64,000 bases of DNA from Pseudomonadales bacterium (GTDB lineage: Bacteria; Pseudomonadota; Gammaproteobacteria; Pseudomonadales; GM7GCV1). Shown in pieces: positions 31,355-40,879 of this stretch. A program made the position numbers and the translations under genes. The stretch covers positions 188,924 through 252,923 of the forward strand of contig OZ244871.1 in assembly GCA_965221105.1 (NCBI GenBank), given 5' to 3'. The notes below the pieces were generated by a model that was given only the letters and a program-made list of their open reading frames with translations, searched no databases and was not told the origin of the DNA. Within the stretch, counting starts at the first letter, position 1; every line of letters begins with the position of its first letter.

Positions 31355-32040
31355 AGGTGTTGTTTCCAACAGTAAACTGCAATCCACCGGCACTTTCTTC
31401 TCTCTTTCGTTCAGCGGTGAACATGCATTGCCGGTGACGTAAAGCGGTGGACCTGCTGTAGGGTATTTCTCACACCCGCCACCGGGCAACTGATTGCCCG
31501 TTGAACCTGTGTACCCTGTGGTCGCGAAGGGCGAGACTGTGGTCAAGCGGTGGGCAACAGGCCTGTTGTCCACGGCTTGTCCAGAGGCCCCGGCAGGGCT
31601 CGCCCTGGTCCATCGGACGCGTCCACAAGTGCACAGCTGTCTTGACCAGTTGATCCTGTGTGGCGGATACGCTCACCGAACCTTCAGGCTCAGGTTCCGT
31701 TGGACACTGCCAGGCACTCATCCGCTGCCTGAGCCATAATGGGGACCTGTCTGGACAAGGAGGGAGGTGGCCCGCACGGGTGTGACTGTAGCGGGCCGGT
31801 GCCGGTGCAACTCCGCTTCGAGTGTGGGTTAACCGGCGAGGATGACCGCACCCTATACCGCGCCGACATGACCGCGCAGATCACCGACCTCCTGGCCCAC
31901 ATGTGACGTCAGCCCGACCACCATTCACCGGGCTACGGCCAAGCTGCGCATGCGGTACGTGCTACCTGAAAACGGGTGAAAACCGGCGTATGATCTCCCA
32001 AACAATGGAGCAGAAAAGGGCCCGAGGTCAGGACGTCTGA
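31355..32040 (+). mobile_element. Composite repeat: 'Y' segment (31355-~31836) joined to the right-end module of the T-terminus family (31837-32040)
   Basis: The left boundary AGGTGTTGTTTCCAACAG is identical at 38700. The last 204 bp are homologous to 15083-15304 and end in GAGGTCAGGACGTCTGA. Confidence 0.5.
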
Positions 32041-32128
32041 GGCTACAACCCGCTGACCGCCATCCAGAACGCCCCCAACGGCACCGCCGTCGACATGATC
32101 AAGAAGGAGAAGGGGGGCGAGTAGTTAC
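32041..32128 (+). mobile_element. IS66-like right-end remnant (88 bp)
   Basis: GGCTACAACCCGCTGACCGCCATCCAG...GGGGGGCGAGTAGTTAC. Confidence 0.7.
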
Positions 32129-32191
32129 CTGTATTGTTAGTAGCGCAGCTTCCTAGGAACAGGACGGCACACAGGACGATGAATCTCATGG

Positions 32192-32566
32192 TTAATTCTC
32201 CGCTGGAAAAACTGTTTGCTCCTTTTCTCCATCGAGTCTACCCTTGATATAGCCGACTTCCTTGTGTAAGTCGCCTACTTCGCGTTGGATTTCCATTACA
32301 TCTTCACGCACTTCGCCAACTTCGCTCCGGGTATCGCTGATGTTCCTATCTAAAGAATCGAATCTACCCAACACGGAATTGTTTAAGATAAGCATGGCGG
32401 TGAATAAGACACCCGCTGCGCCAATGACCAGAGTAGCTGTGGACTGCCACCATCTCTTCTGCTCAGACGCATCACGCTGATTTTTATTTTGTTGTGCTTG
32501 CGCCAAAGCTGTCACCTTATTTTCTGGATCATTCACAACCTGCTCCACGCATCCAGCTTCTCCCAC
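32192..32566 (-). CDS. Hypothetical single-pass membrane protein with a coiled-coil C-terminal region
   Basis: 124 aa with the TM segment ATLVIGAAGVLFTAMLIL. It overlaps the upstream ORF by 34 nt. Confidence 0.5.
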   Translation of the reverse strand: MGEAGCVEQVVNDPENKVTALAQAQQNKNQRDASEQKRWWQSTATLVIGAAGVLFTAMLILNNSVLGRFDSLDRNISDTRSEVGEVREDVMEIQREVGDLHKEVGYIKGRLDGEKEQTVFPAEN

Positions 32567-32790
32567 AGCCCTCTGTCATAGCACCCGTGGTAATCGTCGA
32601 TTTTCACAACAACACCGCTGCGACCATTTTCTTCGGCATTGAATCCAAGAAATTCAGAGACATCCGAGGTGGTAGTCATAGGGCTCTTGACAGCCCAGAC
32701 ATTACCTTCATGCAATGGGTAGTTTTCTGGAAACATTATGTCCATGATCTCTTTTTTGAGATCGCCGGAGATAATTAGATATCTATACAT
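32533..32790 (-). CDS. Hypothetical small protein
   Basis: 85 aa. It is co-directional with and overlaps 32192..32566. Confidence 0.45.
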   Translation of the reverse strand: MYRYLIISGDLKKEIMDIMFPENYPLHEGNVWAVKSPMTTTSDVSEFLGFNAEENGRSGVVVKIDDYHGCYDRGLWEKLDAWSRL

Positions 32791-32904
32791 ATTCTGTGAA
32801 ATTTGACAAAGCCCCTACACGAGCATACACCATCAGAACTTAACCAAGGTACTGGACATATTTTCAGATACTTCCAGTTGCGCACTGTACTCCGCGGCTT
32901 CTAA

Positions 32905-33727
32905 CCCGAATTTCTCACCACATGAATTGAAAAAGGCCGTCTGTCGTGGTAAAAATGGCGTACATTCAATAACTTACACAAAATAAGAAGGACGGACTTA
33001 TGACGACAGAGTGTACACCAAATCAACTCGAATTTCACACTAGCCTAAGCATTGTCCAACGGGACATGAGCCTGAAGGCGAGATTGGCCAGGGTGCATTT
33101 CTTGACCCGTCCGTTGTGTCGGTATGACTCGCGCAGCAGCACGGCGGGCGGGGAGGTGTGGTTGGGGACGGATTCCGCACTGTCGGACGGCCATGGATGG
33201 ACACAGGGGCTGGTGTCAGGCCCGGGTGAGTCGTGCTGGAGTGCCTGCCGGGCATCCTGCCGCAGCGCCCTGACGAGTATCTCCTTGGGCTCGCCGTGGG
33301 GGTCGGTGTAGCGACCGTTGGTGTGGGCGTACCCCTTGGTCCGGCCCAGACCCGTCCAGCCAGCCGCACGGTACATCGTGCCGGAGAAGCGCGCCGGATC
33401 CACGAAGGTCTCCGCCACGCCGAGGCCCACTGTCGAACCTTCAGCTACCTCCAATCCACGGCCCACCAAGGCTACAATCCGCTCGCCGCCATTCAGATCG
33501 TACTCAACGGCGACGGACGCTGCCACAATGATCAAGCAGGAGAAGGGAGCGAGTACAGTCGCCTCATCATGGCACAATCTCACATCTGCCGCACCCTGCG
33601 AAGCGCATCGGGACGCGAGCGCGTCTCCGCTCTCCTGGCACAGGAGCAGTTTCCCAGCCGCAGTGCTCTGAGCCGTCGGGTCTGCGAGGTATTCTCCTTT
33701 TTCAATTCATGTGGTGAGAAATTCGGG
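32905..33727. mobile_element. 823-bp non-autonomous element bounded by perfect 32-bp terminal inverted repeats
   Basis: CCCGAATTTCTCACCACATGAATTGAAAAAGG (32905-32936) is the exact reverse complement of 33696-33727. The interior holds only scraps: a DUF4338 C-terminal end (FVDPARFSGTMYRAAGWTGLGRTKGY), an IS1634-like N-terminus (SYRHNGRVKKCTLANL) and an IS66-like tail. Confidence 0.75.
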
Positions 33728-33732
33728 CTGAT

Positions 33733-35355
33733 ATGTTTTGACCTGTCAATCGTTATATTTCTTACTCTGTTGTGAATGCCTGTTGGGTCAGGACAGGGCC
33801 AAGCAGTGTGCGATGGTGGATCATGCTGATATACGTGGATTGGTTACCGACTGGACTTCACTGCATCGCGGAGCTGGTTTTTCTCTCGTGTCAGGGATCA
33901 TCGACCGGGACTGCTCGCTTGAGGTTATCCCGTCATGGCCGATGCCGGCAGAGCCCGAACACGGGTTCTCCACACCGGCTTGACCATGCCCTGACCCAAC
34001 AGGTCTCACATCTCCTCTATTCTGTGGATATGATTGGCTGCTTCACCTGGCTGAGCCTCACCTGGCCGCCCGGCCATCGATCTTCGGCATCTCTTGGCAG
34101 GCAGCACTATCCCAAATACATCCAGCCAATTCCCGCGCCACAGCGACGCAGACCAGCTTGGTATTCTTGCCGGCCTGGGTCAGTGTCCTGTAGCGCCCAC
34201 AGAGCCGTTTCTGGGCCTTCCAGGCAATCTCTTTGGCCTCATCGGTCGCGCCGGCGGCCGTGCGTTTGAGATGGGCCGTCTGTCGTGCCGGGAAGCGATA
34301 GCTCCAGGCCGATTCAACCAGCATCCGCCGGGCATGGGCATTCCCTGTCTTGGTCATCGCGCCCTGACGGCGGCGGGTACTGCTGCTGTGTTCGCGTGGC
34401 ACCAATCCCAAAAAAGCCATCAATTGCTGTGCGGATTCGAAGCGACTGATATCACCCAGCTCTGCCAGTACGACCATCGCCGCCAGCGTGTCGATGCCGC
34501 GCAGTGCCACCAGCGAGTCCACGACCGGGGCAAGCGACCAGTGCGGCAAAGACCCGCTCCATCTGTGCCGTAATATCGGCCACACGCCGGGTCGCCGCTT
34601 TCACCGCATCAATGTACTCCTGCAACACGACCTGCTGCCAGTCATGGGCACACCGGAGTGACTCCAGCCAGCTGTAGTGGGTCTTGCTCCAGCCTGTCTT
34701 GTTTGACGGCCAGGCATGACCATGACGCAGGACACAGGCATTGAGCTGCTGACGCGCCGTGCGCTCTTGGGACTTCATGTCATCTCGCGCCCGGGTCAGA
34801 TCCCGCATCGCCTCCTGTTCTTCGTCCGACACCCAGACGACCGTCAAGTCGCCACCGCGCAACACCTGCGCCAGTGTGCGTGCATCACGCCGGTCAGTCT
34901 TGATGCGATCTCCCGGTTTCTGCGGAATCAGCGATGGCGCAATCACCTGGCAGTCTTGACCCAAGGCGATCAGTTGACGAGAGATGCTGTACCCACAGGG
35001 ACCCGCCTCATAGCACAACAACAGCACTTCACCACCACACTCTGTGCTCAGGCGCTCAACCAGCCTAGCACTGCTCTTCGGCGTGTTGCCAATCTCTCCC
35101 CTCGATTCCGCCTCGCCCCGACCAGCTCGCGCAACGGCATAGGCACTCGTATCTTTATGCACGTCAAGCCCAATAGAGGCCGGATACCGACCACCTGCCG
35201 ACCTGCTGTTGATCGCTTCACCTGCGGTGACTGTTTCGATCTGTTGCGCGTGTACTGTGCACTCTTTCATGACCTGTCCTCTCAAGAATGGCTCTGTGTT
35301 AAAGTGTCCCATTTCAACATAATCCACGTGTGTTGAGATGGGCAGGTCAAAACAT
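33733..35355 (-). mobile_element. IS110-family (IS1111-like layout) element
   Basis: A 13-bp inverted repeat ATGTTTTGACCTG sits at 33733-33745 and 35343-35355. The upstream leader is short (~85 bp) and the 3' non-coding region is long (~310 bp). Confidence 0.7.
34058..35270 (-). pseudogene. IS110-family DEDD transposase with one frameshift near 34550-34585
   Basis: IGLDVHKDT... (DEDD N-terminal domain) in ORF 34452..35327. ..LVALRGIDTLAAMVVLAELGDISRF...KTGNAHARR.. (C-terminal domain) in ORF 34058..34585. RBS GAGAGGA lies before ATG 35270. Confidence 0.8.
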
Positions 35356-35373
35356 GATGTCTAGGAAATTCCC

Positions 35374-36033
35374 TTGGCTGAAATACTCGTAACGAAACCG
35401 GCTGCGGCGCAACGCCTACTTCAGGCGGCGATTCGCATGTTCTTTGCTCGAGAAGATGAACTTGCGGTCCATACCGTTGCTTCGGCCGGATATCGCTTGA
35501 TTGCCGATCTAAAGGAACACCGTGGTCGTAAAGAGGTTGACGATTACCACTTGACGATGGTGTTCTACGCCGTCAGAGATTACCGCAGAAAATCGTTACC
35601 AAAATACCTCGCCGATGATCCCGAAATGATGAAATACATTCGCGAATTGGCCGAGGCACTTCCACAAATTGCGGAGAATACGGAATACCAAGACGTACGA
35701 GCGACCGTCTCTGACGATGTCGCGAAAAGTTTCCGGAGGAAACGAAACAAGGTCTATAACTTCTTGAAACACGCGGACCATGACCCGGAAAAGCACATCT
35801 CGCTTGAGGAGGTGGACAACTTCAACCTTTTGATGCAGGCGGCGGGATCATGCGTCGATCTCGGAGTAGACTTGGGCGCCGAGGGCTATGTTCTTTGGCT
35901 TTACTCGTGCGCTTATCTTGGAGAAGAGAGCGAGGCTTTGCCGCGCGACATAGAGGATCTATCGAGCAATGAGTTGTTGATATTTTTCTCGAATCTCTTG
36001 ACCGAACTCAAGACAGAGCGTCGGGAAATCTGA
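35374..36033 (+). CDS. Hypothetical protein (TTG start, 18 bp from the IS110-like end)
   Basis: 219-aa ORF with no recognised motif. The 5' end may have been clipped by the IS. Confidence 0.45.
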   Translation: MAEILVTKPAAAQRLLQAAIRMFFAREDELAVHTVASAGYRLIADLKEHRGRKEVDDYHLTMVFYAVRDYRRKSLPKYLADDPEMMKYIRELAEALPQIAENTEYQDVRATVSDDVAKSFRRKRNKVYNFLKHADHDPEKHISLEEVDNFNLLMQAAGSCVDLGVDLGAEGYVLWLYSCAYLGEESEALPRDIEDLSSNELLIFFSNLLTELKTERREI

Positions 36034-36097
36034 AGTTTGTTCGCATCTGGAGACAACAAAGGCACTGACTTAAACCTGAGATTCGATAGTGGGCCTC

Positions 36098-36111
36098 GGG
36101 GGGGGGGGGGG
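36098..36111 (+). repeat. G14 homopolymer tract
   Basis: Read directly from the sequence. It lies at the junction between unique sequence and a transposase mid-fragment. Confidence 0.95.
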
Positions 36112-36609
36112 ATGACCGAAGCGCCTCCGCAGTTCACTGAACCGCTGTCGGCCGTCGCCTGTGGCGGCGTGCTCACCGCACTGCCGGCACTGCTCAAGGA
36201 AGGACTTCTGCAGCACGCGGACTGCCTGTCCCTGCCCAAGGGGTACTACGGACTGACCAGTACCCTGCTCCTGCTCGCGTTCCTCTGTATGGCCCGGGTT
36301 CGCACGCCCGAAGCGCTGCGCCACCAGGCACCGGGGGAGTGGGGTGCACTCCTCGGTGCCTGGTGCCCTGAGGCCAAAACCCTGCGGTGCAAGACGAAGC
36401 AGTTGGCGGCAGACGAGCAGCGGGTTCGGGACTGGCAGGATGCTCTGGCCACGAGCTGCGCCTGTACTGAGGCTGGTGTTCAACCGGGAGGGCTGGCGGA
36501 GGCGGACCGCCAGGGCGATGCGCTGCTGGTGCGCGCCAGCCATTCTTCCGCCCGTTCACGATTGACTGCCCAAGTTGCCGGTCTGGCTCCTTTCCATCCC
36601 GGTGAATAG
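36112..36609 (+). pseudogene. Mid-section of the T-terminus-family transposase joined to a 50-bp IS4-like scrap
   Basis: MTEAPPQFTEPLSAVACGGVLTALPALLKEGLL...PKGYYGLTSTLLLLAFLCMARVRTPEALRHQAPGEWGALLG.. continues where the N-terminal fragment at 38065-38699 breaks off. 36493-36541 repeats 26470-26520. Confidence 0.5.
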
Positions 36610-36633
36610 AATGGAGCAAATGCGTCGGGCAGC

Positions 36634-36888
36634 TCACGTTTTTTGAAAGCTGGATATCCAATTCTGTTGGTAGGCACTTTGCACGTTCGCTTCAAATGTT
36701 TTAGGGATTGGCAATTTATCGTTGCGCCTTTTACTCTCCAAGCGGTCAAGGACACGCTGTCGAAGCATTCCGTTCTTATGCGGCAACAGCAAAACGATCA
36801 TGTCCGCAAAGTAGGTGTGTCCCCTTCTCCGTTTCTTCAAAGCGATATATTCGTCTAGTCCTTGCAGGAAGTTGTCAAGTTCACCCAT
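36634..36888 (-). CDS. Hypothetical small protein (possibly 3'-truncated)
   Basis: 84-aa ORF with AT-rich coding. Its end abuts IS debris. Confidence 0.3.
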   Translation of the reverse strand: MGELDNFLQGLDEYIALKKRRRGHTYFADMIVLLLPHKNGMLRQRVLDRLESKRRNDKLPIPKTFEANVQSAYQQNWISSFQKT

Positions 36889-37005
36889 TGATTGACTCTC
36901 CTTTAGCTGTCATCTGCGTCAATGTCCAAGGCATAGGATTCGTTCTGCTTGGGGTGTGCCAGCTTGTCTTCTGAATCTCTGTTGAAAGTGTTCTTACACA
37001 AGGCA

Positions 37006-37275
37006 CTACTTGCCCATTAGCCGGCGGCGTTGCGATCTTCTGGCGCGAAAAGCTGTCTTCATGGTTTCGCCTTCAGTGGCAACGAAAACATCCTGCAGGC
37101 GCGACAGTCGATTCACCAGACGTTGTGCTTCCCGCTCAACTTCCGCAACATCCTTGCGGGTCAGGATCAGGCCCCTGGAGGTTTCAGTGCCGAACTGGGC
37201 AACAAGCATCAGGTCGTCCATTTTGATCCCTCGTTGCTGGCAACGTGCCAGAATGTGTTTGGTCAGCATGTACAT
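37006..37275 (-). CDS. Hypothetical small protein (DUF4258-like toxin pattern possible)
   Basis: 89 aa with HILARCQQRGIKMDDLMLV.. It lies 42 bp downstream of 37318..37830. Confidence 0.45.
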   Translation of the reverse strand: MYMLTKHILARCQQRGIKMDDLMLVAQFGTETSRGLILTRKDVAEVEREAQRLVNRLSRLQDVFVATEGETMKTAFRARRSQRRRLMGK

Positions 37276-37317
37276 GACAATGTTTTCAAATTGCTAGCTT
37301 GCTGGAATCGGTGATCA

Positions 37318-37830
37318 TTAGAAATCGGACAAGCCAAGAATTTTCCCGTGGCGCCTGCAGCGCAGGGTGTCCGCGAGCATCCACGATGTTTCACCCGGAA
37401 ACTTTATATACAGGTCGCGCCATGCATTACGGTTAGTGTTCCCAGCAACACAACTGGCAAACTGCGAGGGAGACATGCTCTCCTCGCCATAGCAGAATCT
37501 CGCATGGCGAATTTCAGCATAAACATCCTGGCCCTTGTACGACATCCGAACCTGCGTGCCGTTTCGCAAGAAAACGGTACTCCATTGATAACTCTTCCCG
37601 GGATCGCCGTATTTCTCCCGGAACGCTTCGTCTTCCTCGTCGGCAAGTTTCTCAATGTACTCGGCCGACCAAATTTGGGGGTCGCCTTCAGTTCGTTCCA
37701 GGAAACTTTCCACGGAATGATCAATGAAGCGTGACACATCCGCATCACCGGAGCGCCGGACAAGATCAGCATAGAGATCGACGTGGAGCGGCACATAGAT
37801 GTAATCCGTTGGGTTGCTAGGTTGGGTCAT
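37318..37830 (-). CDS. Hypothetical protein with a DUF4357-like C-terminal motif
   Basis: 170 aa with ..MSPSQFASCVAGNTNRNAWRDLYIK.. Confidence 0.5.
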   Translation of the reverse strand: MTQPSNPTDYIYVPLHVDLYADLVRRSGDADVSRFIDHSVESFLERTEGDPQIWSAEYIEKLADEEDEAFREKYGDPGKSYQWSTVFLRNGTQVRMSYKGQDVYAEIRHARFCYGEESMSPSQFASCVAGNTNRNAWRDLYIKFPGETSWMLADTLRCRRHGKILGLSDF

Positions 37831-37916
37831 GACAAGCTCCTTAAACTATTTAGCACGAAGTATAATAGTACTGAATAGTACTTTTAATAGTAAAAAGGAT
37901 TTTAAACCGGATAATT

Positions 37917-38699
37917 TCAGACGTCCTGACCTCGTGACCTGATTTCAGGTACATTCGGGGTCAATTTCTTCAATGATAATAACAAGTTTCGAGCATTTCG
38001 TGCGTGACAGATTGGTTCATGGTGTGTTCACAGAATATGGAACATATGTGATTGACAGCACCTCATGAACACACTCCCTTTTAGCCCCCCAGACGCCACC
38101 CAGATCGGCACCTCCTGCTTCTCTTTCGCCAGCCAGAACGGCCGCACCTTCTCCTTCTCCAACCTCGAGCCCTTCGACTGCCACGATGAGGACGACCGTC
38201 AGGCACTGCTGCTGCGCCTGGCCCGGTTCGCCAGACATGGTGTCCCCCACAGAGACCTGATGGCGGCCTTCGGGATCAGCCGCACCAGGGTGCACCGGGC
38301 ACTGGACAGGCTCCAGAGACAGGGCGAGGCGGCGTTCCACAGGCCCCGACGGGGCCGCGGGACACAGGTCATCACCGGGGCGCTCAAGGAGACAGCGAAC
38401 CGCCTGCTGGCCTCAGGCATGAGTGGGGCGGCCGTGGCACGCGAACTCGGGGTGTCGGTGGCGACGCTCAACCACAACCGCCGACGGGGATTTCTCGGAC
38501 CAGGCACGCAGGGTCCGGAGTCTGAGCCAGCGGAGACCACACTCGATCCTGAAGTCGATACTGAGGCTGAGGCTGAAGCTGGCACTGAGGCTGAAGCTGG
38601 TGGTGACCTGCTCGACCGCAGCGCACGGGATCGGCGCGACCGGGCCGCACCCATGGGCCGGGCGGCCCGCGACTGCGCGGGGCGCGTGGCGGCCTCGGC
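37917..38699 (+). mobile_element. T-terminus IS family: left end plus transposase N-terminal 212 codons (38065-38699), interrupted
   Basis: The left IR is TCAGACGTCCTGACCTCGTGACCTGATTTCAGG. The ORF has HTH-like segments (..DLMAAFGISRTRVHRAL.., ..AAVARELGVSVATLN..). It is broken at 38700 by the 'Y' segment. Confidence 0.55.
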
Positions 38700-38856
38700 A
38701 GGTGTTGTTTCCAACAGTAAACCGCAATCCACCGGCACTTTCTTCTCTCTTTCGCTCAGCGGTGAACCTGCATTGCCGGTGACGTAAAGCGGTGGACCTG
38801 CTGTAGGGTATTTCTCACACCCGCCACCGGGCAGCTGATTGCCCGTTGAACCTGTG
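38700..38856 (+). mobile_element. 'Y' segment, left 157 bp (second copy)
   Basis: It is about 95 percent identical by eye to 31355-31511. It is truncated by the IS66-like end, with CCTGTG microhomology at the junction. Confidence 0.6.
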
Positions 38857-38919
38857 CAATAATGAAACGCACACATCATAGAATCGCCTTCCTATGACGT
38901 CAAGGGGGTGAGTAGTTAC
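38851..38919 (-). mobile_element. IS66-like left-end remnant (69 bp, inverted orientation)
   Basis: The reverse complement reads GTAACTACTCACCCCCTTGACGTCATAGGAAGGCGATTCTATGATGTGTGCGTTTCATTATTGCACAGG. Confidence 0.75.
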
Positions 38920-39217
38920 TAATATTGTTGATTTTGCAGGTCGAGGAGAACTTACAAAACATGCAGATAGGTGAAAAGAACTGGTACGTAGAGCCCGCTC
39001 ATACAATTGTTCAACACGGACCCTGACGATCTGTGGGCACCAGTATCGCACCATGCAGCGGATCCTTTCCACGAGCCAACAATAAAACCTCCAGCAGACT
39101 CATCACCAACAAGATGCTGTTGTTCCTGGTCCCTGAGTTATCAGACCGCTTTTCTCGGTGACGCAGTTCGGCAAACAGCGCTGGTCGCCAAGCCCCTGCT
39201 GCCGGAGCACCGCTGCG

Positions 39218-40213
39218 CTACCTTGACAGACTCCCTATCCATTCCAGGGCACCCCCGAAATGGAACCGTTCGTCTGGGATATCCCCGAGTACTGATCGGT
39301 AGCGCCTGTGTGTCATAGCAGCCTCCGACTCATCGCGGCTCAGATTGACGACCGTGATGTCGTCCCGCGGGAGGTCCTTCAGCGCTTCGGAGAACAGCGT
39401 CCGCGCGGCCATGTCCGTTGTCGGGAACGAATAGCCGATGAACGTGACCTCGTGGGCCTTCGCCAGGCGGTCGAAAGCCTGCGCCCAGACGAGCCGAAGA
39501 ACCGGTTGTTCGACGAGGCCGGACTTCGAAAGAACAGGAGGGACCATCACGGGTTCGGGTTCCAGATGGCCGTCGACTTGTGGATGGACATAGCCGATAT
39601 CTGACCAAGCGTGATGGTGTGTGATGCTGTCGATCGCAACCGGGCTCGCATAGCCCAGTTTCGGCCTCCAATTGATCGAACCGTGGAGTTTCAGTAACAG
39701 GAGCTCCGGCTCACCTATCAGTTCCTCGCCCTTGGCAATGGTGTCCCGTGACGACGGGCAGAAAAACCCGTATCCCCAGTACGGGTTCCAACTGTCAACC
39801 CTCTCCAGCGCCTCGTCGAGGAAGTCGTCATAGTTGAAAGTGATACAGCTACTGTAATTGCTTGCGCAGAACCTGGCGAAGTGATTCAAGTCCTCGCGAT
39901 GAATGTCTCCCTTTCGAGCTTCATGGAGCCGATCGAGAAATGCTCTCTTCAATTCCGAAAGCAGAAAGCCGTATTCGTTCGCTGCGTTGCCTGATGTCTC
40001 GGCGTAGTCGTAAGGCATCAGAGAATCAAGGCGTGTCATCAGCCGCTCAAGGTCGATGTGACCTGTCGGATGGAGACTTCGTTCCCAGTCCAGCAAACGG
40101 CTCGCGTTGGGCAATCCGCGAACCCTGTCTTCAAGGACATCGTTGTTGAAATCGTCGACCAGCAGCGGCGCGTCGGGAAAGAGCGCGCGGGTGAAGCCAG
40201 CGCCGGTGACCAA
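39218..40213 (-). CDS. SIR2-like (SIR2_2-type) protein
   Basis: VTGAGFTRA..., ITFNYDDFLDEAL and LKLHGSINW are present. The start is uncertain: TTG at 40213, with the frame open upstream to the preceding gene. Confidence 0.75.
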   Translation of the reverse strand: MVTGAGFTRALFPDAPLLVDDFNNDVLEDRVRGLPNASRLLDWERSLHPTGHIDLERLMTRLDSLMPYDYAETSGNAANEYGFLLSELKRAFLDRLHEARKGDIHREDLNHFARFCASNYSSCITFNYDDFLDEALERVDSWNPYWGYGFFCPSSRDTIAKGEELIGEPELLLLKLHGSINWRPKLGYASPVAIDSITHHHAWSDIGYVHPQVDGHLEPEPVMVPPVLSKSGLVEQPVLRLVWAQAFDRLAKAHEVTFIGYSFPTTDMAARTLFSEALKDLPRDDITVVNLSRDESEAAMTHRRYRSVLGDIPDERFHFGGALEWIGSLSR

Positions 40214-40277
40214 GACATGATTGCGGGGAGGATCTGCGCTGTGTCCGCATCCACCGGGGAGGATTCCTGCGAAGACA

Positions 40278-40493
40278 TCAGGAAGCGGAGCTGAAATGCT
40301 GCTCGACTTGCTGCCTCTCCCAGTGCCACGCTTCTTCGCGTGTGGTTGCCGACCCCACCTGTTCGATGCGGCCTGTCGGCCACCGACGGAGGTGCTCGTG
40401 CTCGCGGCGCTCCAGATCGGTCGTGATGCCGATATACACGACCTTTCCGTCCACCTTGAAGCGATATCTGTAGGTCGTTCCTGCGGCCATCAT
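40278..40493 (-). CDS. Mini GIY-YIG-domain protein (~71 aa)
   Basis: YRYRFKVDGKVVYIGITTDLERREHEH...TREEAWHWE. The start is set at Met23 (GAGGGA RBS 3 nt upstream). Confidence 0.6.
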   Translation of the reverse strand: MMAAGTTYRYRFKVDGKVVYIGITTDLERREHEHLRRWPTGRIEQVGSATTREEAWHWERQQVEQHFSSAS

Positions 40494-40879
40494 GCGTCCC
40501 TCAACAGCAAGCAATATGCGTGAAGCGACTCTGTCTGTCAATACCGACAGTCGGATCAAACGGCCGGGCCTATGCGTCGAACTCTGGGACTGTGGGCGGT
40601 CTCTCGCTAAGCTCGGCCAGTTTTAACTCTACCCTGGACCCCACCGCGCAACTGCACGCGCTCCTGCGCGCATTTCAGAGAAGTTTACGACCCTTACCCC
40701 ACCAAATTCAACCAAGCGCGAGGTTTTTTCCGGTTGTGCAGTCGATCTCAGGTAGCTCGTACACCATGCGCAGTCTAGTTCCGAGGTAGATCGTGCGGTC
40801 TGGGTGGCATACGAACGCTCAGGGCGCTCAAAGCCGGAAAAATCACTATGGAGGAATGGGACTATGGATGATCACCTCA

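Noticed and set aside
31355-32040. ORF-less group II intron or retron-type ncRNA (GC-rich, hairpin-rich, fixed 5' boundary starting ..GTGTTG)
   Set aside because: I could not find a domain-V-like 34-nt hairpin or a plausible domain VI near the 3' end. No reverse transcriptase is present. The last 204 bp are clearly the right-end module of the T-terminus IS family. A 55-codon Cys-rich ORF (31739-31906) is homologous to a transposase N-terminal scrap, so it is probably not a gene.
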